Positions 63,674 to 64,000 of a stretch of 64,000 nucleotides of DNA are shown in pieces (the stretch's first letter is position 1; every line of letters begins with the position of its first letter). This DNA comes from Vitrella brassicaformis CCMP3155 (Eukaryota; Protista; Chromerida): positions 186,001 to 250,000 of the forward strand of contig CDMY01000770.1 in NCBI GenBank assembly GCA_001179505.1, in the 5' to 3' direction. The notes beneath the pieces are model-generated. The model was given only the letters and a program-made list of their open reading frames with translations. It had not been told where the DNA came from and searched no databases. A program made the translations under genes and the position numbers.

Positions 63674-63696
63674 TCTAGGGTCTAGGGTTTAGGGTT
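63674..63696 (+). repeat. Three telomere-like heptamers (TCTAGGG, TCTAGGG, TTTAGGG) in a divergent promoter
   Basis: Sequence tctagggtctagggtttagggtt; TTTAGGG is the plant/apicomplexan-type telomere unit. Confidence 0.6.
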
Positions 63697-63701
63697 GAGA
63701 G

Positions 63702-63710
63702 AAGCTCGCA
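63702..63710 (+). promoter_or_regulatory. AAGCTCGCA candidate promoter motif between divergent starts 63561/63777
   Basis: Exact motif immediately after the telomere-like repeats. Confidence 0.5.
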
Positions 63711-63776
63711 ACGTGTTTCACGCTACCCTAAGGCCCCAGGTCGCCTGCGGGGTGCTGCCTGAAACGCTGGGGGAGA

Positions 63777-64000
63777 ATGGAGATGCCATATTCGTCGGCG
63801 CGAGCATCCCCAAGATCTCATCGTTTCATTCGGCATTTCTTCCTTCTGCTGTCAGCATCTTGGTCGCTGTTGCCATCTGCAGCCTTCACACATTCAGGTG
63901 GCGTTCTACGCGACAGGAGTTCGCTCTCCATCTCCCGCCGGTGTGATTATTCACGATGCGATGAGTCAAGGCGGCTCCTCCTGAGGCGGCAGATATCACG
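63777..64000 (+). CDS. 5' end of a gene with signal peptide plus Ser/Arg-rich transit-like peptide (candidate plastid-targeted protein); truncated by the window edge
   Basis: Frame open from ATG 63777 to the window end: MEMPYSSARASPRSHRFIRHFFLLLSASWSLLPSAA|FTHSGGVLRDRSSLSISRR.. Confidence 0.5.
   Translation, partial: MEMPYSSARASPRSHRFIRHFFLLLSASWSLLPSAAFTHSGGVLRDRSSLSISRRCDYSRCDESRRLLLRRQIS

Noticed and set aside
1-64000. CRISPR arrays, rRNA, operons or prokaryotic defence systems
   Set aside because: No spaced direct-repeat arrays or rRNA-like conserved stretches; the gene structure is spliceosomal-eukaryotic throughout.

Overview
This is eukaryotic, intron-rich, GC-rich genomic DNA with short GT-AG introns full of CA/TG, GACA and GATG microsatellites. 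The style fits a chromerid alveolate such as Vitrella brassicaformis (inference, no search run). There is no sign of prokaryotic operons, rRNA, tRNA or CRISPR. About 17 multi-exon genes were assembled by eye, mostly as divergent pairs whose starts are typically 120-220 bp apart. Clearly recognisable: deoxyhypusine synthase, a gamma-butyrobetaine/trimethyllysine dioxygenase-family enzyme, a two-C2-domain protein, a Ser/Thr kinase, two Kelch proteins, a helical-repeat/RING protein and two LRR-like paralogues. Most notable observations: (1) an intronless gene cassette bounded by an 87-bp near-perfect direct repeat just downstream of DHS; (2) a recurring (A/T/G)AGCTCGC(A) motif at nearly every divergent promoter; (3) a FABP/calycin-like protein; (4) a Kelch + Cys-repeat ectodomain fused to a two-TM large-loop, channel-like module; (5) an F-box-like Kelch protein with two PIP-like IxxFF motifs; (6) a small mitochondrial protein with a PUR/PC4-like pattern; (7) single-base frameshifts confined to expanded-family genes. 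Exon boundaries are manual, and two 300-N gaps are present.
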